26,708 nt of DNA from NCBI GenBank assembly GCA_017501105.1, contig JAFVXO010000055.1, forward strand, positions 1-26,708. Reading direction: 5' to 3'. The notes beneath the pieces were generated by a model, which saw only the letters and a list, made by a program, of their open reading frames with translations, ran no database searches and was not told the origin of the DNA. This DNA comes from Clostridia bacterium (GTDB lineage: Bacteria; Bacillota; Clostridia; RGIG7378). The position numbers were made by a program, and so were the translations under genes. Shown piece after piece: positions 24,582 to 26,708 of the stretch (the stretch's first letter is position 1; every line of letters starts with the position of its first letter).

Positions 24582-25586
24582 TTGCGATTTGCAGCAATTG
24601 TTGCAATGACGATTATGCTGTCTGTTGTCAGCATTTCAATCTGCACAGATGCTGTTTCAGCTGAGATACGGCAGGTCTATGTATCAGGAGAATTAGCCGG
24701 CTTTGACCTAAGTGATCAAGGTCCTATAGTAGTAGGTTTTGACCAGGTATCTACAAATGACGGCGTATCTCCGGCACAACACTCCGGAATAAATATTGGC
24801 GATGTAATTTATTCTATTGATGGCATTAGGACTGAGGATATAGATGCAGTAAAAACCAGGCTTATGTGCAGCGGAGAAACCATTACGGTAACATGCCTGA
24901 GAGGCGGTGAATCAATGGATTTCGATGTTACACCCATAGTTTCTGACGAGGGAGATAAGGCAATAGGTTGCTGGCTCAAAAACAAGTTTACGGGCATTGG
25001 AACCATTACATGCTATATTCCTGAAGAGAATCAAATTGTAATGCTTGGTCATTCCGTATCTAACTCGGGGTCAATTGTTCCCACCGTTTACAGTGGAGCA
25101 ATGTACAAGGCGCACTTTATGTCAGTCAAGAAGGGAGAAGTTAATTCGCCGGGAGAAATCAGAGCATGTTTTGACTATTCAGCGCCAGTTATTGCCAAGT
25201 TAGAAACTAACTCCAACAGCGGACTATATGGAAGTATTAATCCATGGGCAGCCTCTTGGTTAAATGGTTTCTCATGTACGATTTCGGACAAATACAGCAT
25301 AAAAAGTGGACACGCCGAAATTATATGCGATGTAGATGGAAATGGTCCACAAAGCTATGACATTGAAATCGAATCGATAAACCTGAACAGGGGAGAGAAA
25401 AACCTGATAATTAAAGTGGTTGATCATGAGCTCTTGGATTTGACAGGTGGTATTATTCAAGGCATGTCCGGTAGTCCCATTCTTCAGGACGGATGTCTCA
25501 TAGGCGCAGTTACACATGTGCTGGTTAACGATCCAACTAGAGGATATGGAATATTCATTGAAAATATGCTGGAAGTTGCTAATTGA
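24582..25586 (+). CDS. spoIVB: SpoIVB peptidase (S55 family, PDZ + serine protease)
   Basis: Signal/anchor helix, PDZ segment AQHSGINIGDVIYSIDGIRTEDIDAV, GIGTITCYIP...MLGHSV (His), and GGIIQGMSGSPILQDGCLIGAVTHVLVNDPTRGYGIFIENML (Ser). Start is TTG 24582 or ATG 24606. At 334 aa it is shorter than my recollection of the Bacillus enzyme (about 425 aa). Confidence 0.88.
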   Translation: MRFAAIVAMTIMLSVVSISICTDAVSAEIRQVYVSGELAGFDLSDQGPIVVGFDQVSTNDGVSPAQHSGINIGDVIYSIDGIRTEDIDAVKTRLMCSGETITVTCLRGGESMDFDVTPIVSDEGDKAIGCWLKNKFTGIGTITCYIPEENQIVMLGHSVSNSGSIVPTVYSGAMYKAHFMSVKKGEVNSPGEIRACFDYSAPVIAKLETNSNSGLYGSINPWAASWLNGFSCTISDKYSIKSGHAEIICDVDGNGPQSYDIEIESINLNRGEKNLIIKVVDHELLDLTGGIIQGMSGSPILQDGCLIGAVTHVLVNDPTRGYGIFIENMLEVAN

Positions 25587-25592
25587 TTTTTG

Positions 25593-25620
25593 AAGGGGGT
25601 GTATAAAACACTCCCTTTTT
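25593..25620 (+). terminator. rho-independent terminator after spoIVB
   Basis: Stem AAGGGGGTG (25593-25601) pairs with CACTCCCTT (25609-25617) with one G-U pair, a 7-nt loop, and a run of Ts to 25620. Confidence 0.7.
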
Positions 25621-25700
25621 CAATCATTGTTACCAGCATGTTATAAGGATAAAATTTTAAAAATTTATTGAAATACCCCCTTTCTGTGTTTTAGGATTCG

Positions 25701-25729
25701 TGCTAAAATAGCATTGGTGCTAATTAGCA
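25701..25729. promoter_or_regulatory. two adjacent palindromes, candidate TetR operators: TGCTA-AAA-TAGCA and TGCTAATTAGCA
   Basis: TGCTAAAATAGCA at 25701-25713 has perfect 5-bp arms. TGCTAATTAGCA at 25718-25729 is a perfect 12-bp palindrome. A third half-copy, TGCTAATTAT, lies at 25751-25760. All sit 60-90 nt upstream of the TetR ATG and just downstream of a possible TTGAAA(25668)-18-TAGGAT promoter. Confidence 0.45.
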
Positions 25730-25788
25730 TTCATCCAAGTCTAGCAACAATGCTAATTATGAGATTATTACAAGGGGGGGTAGAAAGT

Positions 25789-26484
25789 ATGGCTCGTAGA
25801 CGCGTAAATACCACCAAATACGAGATCATCCAACAGGCGACCAAACTGTTTCTGGAAAAGGGGTATTCAGCCACAACTCCAAAGGATGTTTGCGATGACC
25901 TAAATATAAGCACCGGCAATCTGACATATTATTTTCCTGCCAAGGAACATCTGCTTGCTGTACTTATTGAGATGCTTTGTCAGTTCCAAGGTAAAGCGCT
26001 GCATTATATGGTAGAAGAGGAAGGAACAACTTCTCTTTTTGCAGTATGTCTGGAACTGGCAACTATGGCCTCAATGAGCGAGGAGAGCGAGATAGCCAAG
26101 GATTTATTTATATCCGCTTATTCCAGTCCTGTTTGTCTTGATATCATTCGCAAAAACGATACTCGCCGTTCAAAGCAAATATACGGTTCCTACTGTCCCG
26201 ATTGGAATGAACAACAGTTTATCGAGGCAGAAATCCTGGTGTCTGGCATCGAATATGCAACACTGATGACCACTAATTACTCACTGCCACTGGAGACCCG
26301 TATCATCGGAGCAATTAACAATATCATGAAGATATATAACGTTCCGGAGGAAATTCGTAGAGTCAAAATTGAAAAGGTTCTTGCGATTGACTTCCGCGAT
26401 ATAGGTAGAAATGTATTTAATAAATTTAAGGAATACGTTGATCATACTAACGAACTTATATTCGATACACTAAATAACAACTAA
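25789..26484 (+). CDS. TetR/AcrR-family transcriptional regulator
   Basis: From ATG 25789 (G-rich RBS at 25774-25780): MARRRVNTTKYEIIQQATKLFLEKGYSATTPKDVCDDLNISTGNLTYYFPAKEHLL is the canonical TetR N-terminal HTH. The track's upstream extension (25714) has no homology logic. Confidence 0.85.
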   Translation: MARRRVNTTKYEIIQQATKLFLEKGYSATTPKDVCDDLNISTGNLTYYFPAKEHLLAVLIEMLCQFQGKALHYMVEEEGTTSLFAVCLELATMASMSEESEIAKDLFISAYSSPVCLDIIRKNDTRRSKQIYGSYCPDWNEQQFIEAEILVSGIEYATLMTTNYSLPLETRIIGAINNIMKIYNVPEEIRRVKIEKVLAIDFRDIGRNVFNKFKEYVDHTNELIFDTLNNN

Positions 26485-26549
26485 ATCATATATATGTGAA
26501 TATTCAAAACATAATCAACTATTTCATATTTTGTATCATGGAGGAGCAA

Positions 26550-26708
26550 ATGACTAACAATATCTTTCTTAAAAAGGCAATAAGTTTACTTCTGTGTATG
26601 GCAATGATACTTACATACCTGCCCTTAAGCATGCTTACTGTTGCTGGTGCCAGCCAACCTCTGAATATTGTTTCAGGCAGCAAGAAGGTTGACGTCAGCA
26701 CTATTAAC
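26550..26708 (+). CDS. secreted/exported protein, N-terminal fragment (continues beyond window)
   Basis: Open frame to the window end: MTNNIFLKKAISLLLCMAMILTYLPLSMLTVAGASQPLNIVSGSKKVDVSTIN. It has a signal-peptide-like n-h-c organisation with an AGA|S cleavage-type site. GGAGGAG at 26540-26546; an in-frame ATG at 26538 is an alternative start. Confidence 0.5.
   Translation, partial: MTNNIFLKKAISLLLCMAMILTYLPLSMLTVAGASQPLNIVSGSKKVDVSTIN

Noticed and set aside
26498-26507. 10-bp perfect palindrome TGAATATTCA between the TetR gene and the downstream exported-protein gene.
   Set aside because: It is short, AT-rich and unrelated to the TGCTA/TAGCA palindromes upstream of the TetR gene, so it is likely chance. 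It is mentioned only as a site to include in any EMSA.

Overview
Core chromosomal segment of a low-GC Gram-positive bacterium, most likely a member of the Clostridia (Bacillota). About 33 genes, nearly all on the + strand and tightly packed, with many 4-11 nt overlaps. From ~11.7 kb onward the order matches the conserved Bacillus/Clostridium block yqhT(M24 peptidase)-efp-[small gene]-spoIIIA operon-nusB-xseA-xseB-ispA-dxs-tlyA(yqxC)-argR(ahrC)-recN-spoIVB. Upstream lie helD, murJ and recA (recA has a near-consensus promoter and a LexA-box-like palindrome). Next comes the block I consider most interesting: sensor histidine kinase - NfeD - LytTR response regulator - flotillin FloA - small Pro-rich protein, that is, a two-component system physically interleaved with an NfeD/flotillin membrane-microdomain module. 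The 5' end carries, on the - strand, a BspA-type LRR surface protein translationally coupled to a XerC/D-like tyrosine recombinase. That recombinase is cut by the window edge and is not in the ORF track. Other anomalies: (i) a 208-aa protein between efp and spoIIIA that is about 38% Asp+Glu with about 30 Cys, arranged as CDCDCD tracts flanking a CxxC...CxxC zinc ribbon; (ii) the spoIIIA operon starts at spoIIIAC with no spoIIIAA/AB, and carries a 58-aa SpoIIIAF-like remnant (below the ORF-track cutoff) and a 120-aa SpoIIIAG-like protein without the long ring insertion; (iii) recN is split by an apparent 1-nt deletion; (iv) spoIVB is followed by a terminator and a TetR regulator with twin palindromic operators rather than spo0A. 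I found no rRNA/tRNA genes, CRISPR arrays, transposons or prophage. All protein calls rest on my reading of motifs in the supplied translations; no database search was possible.
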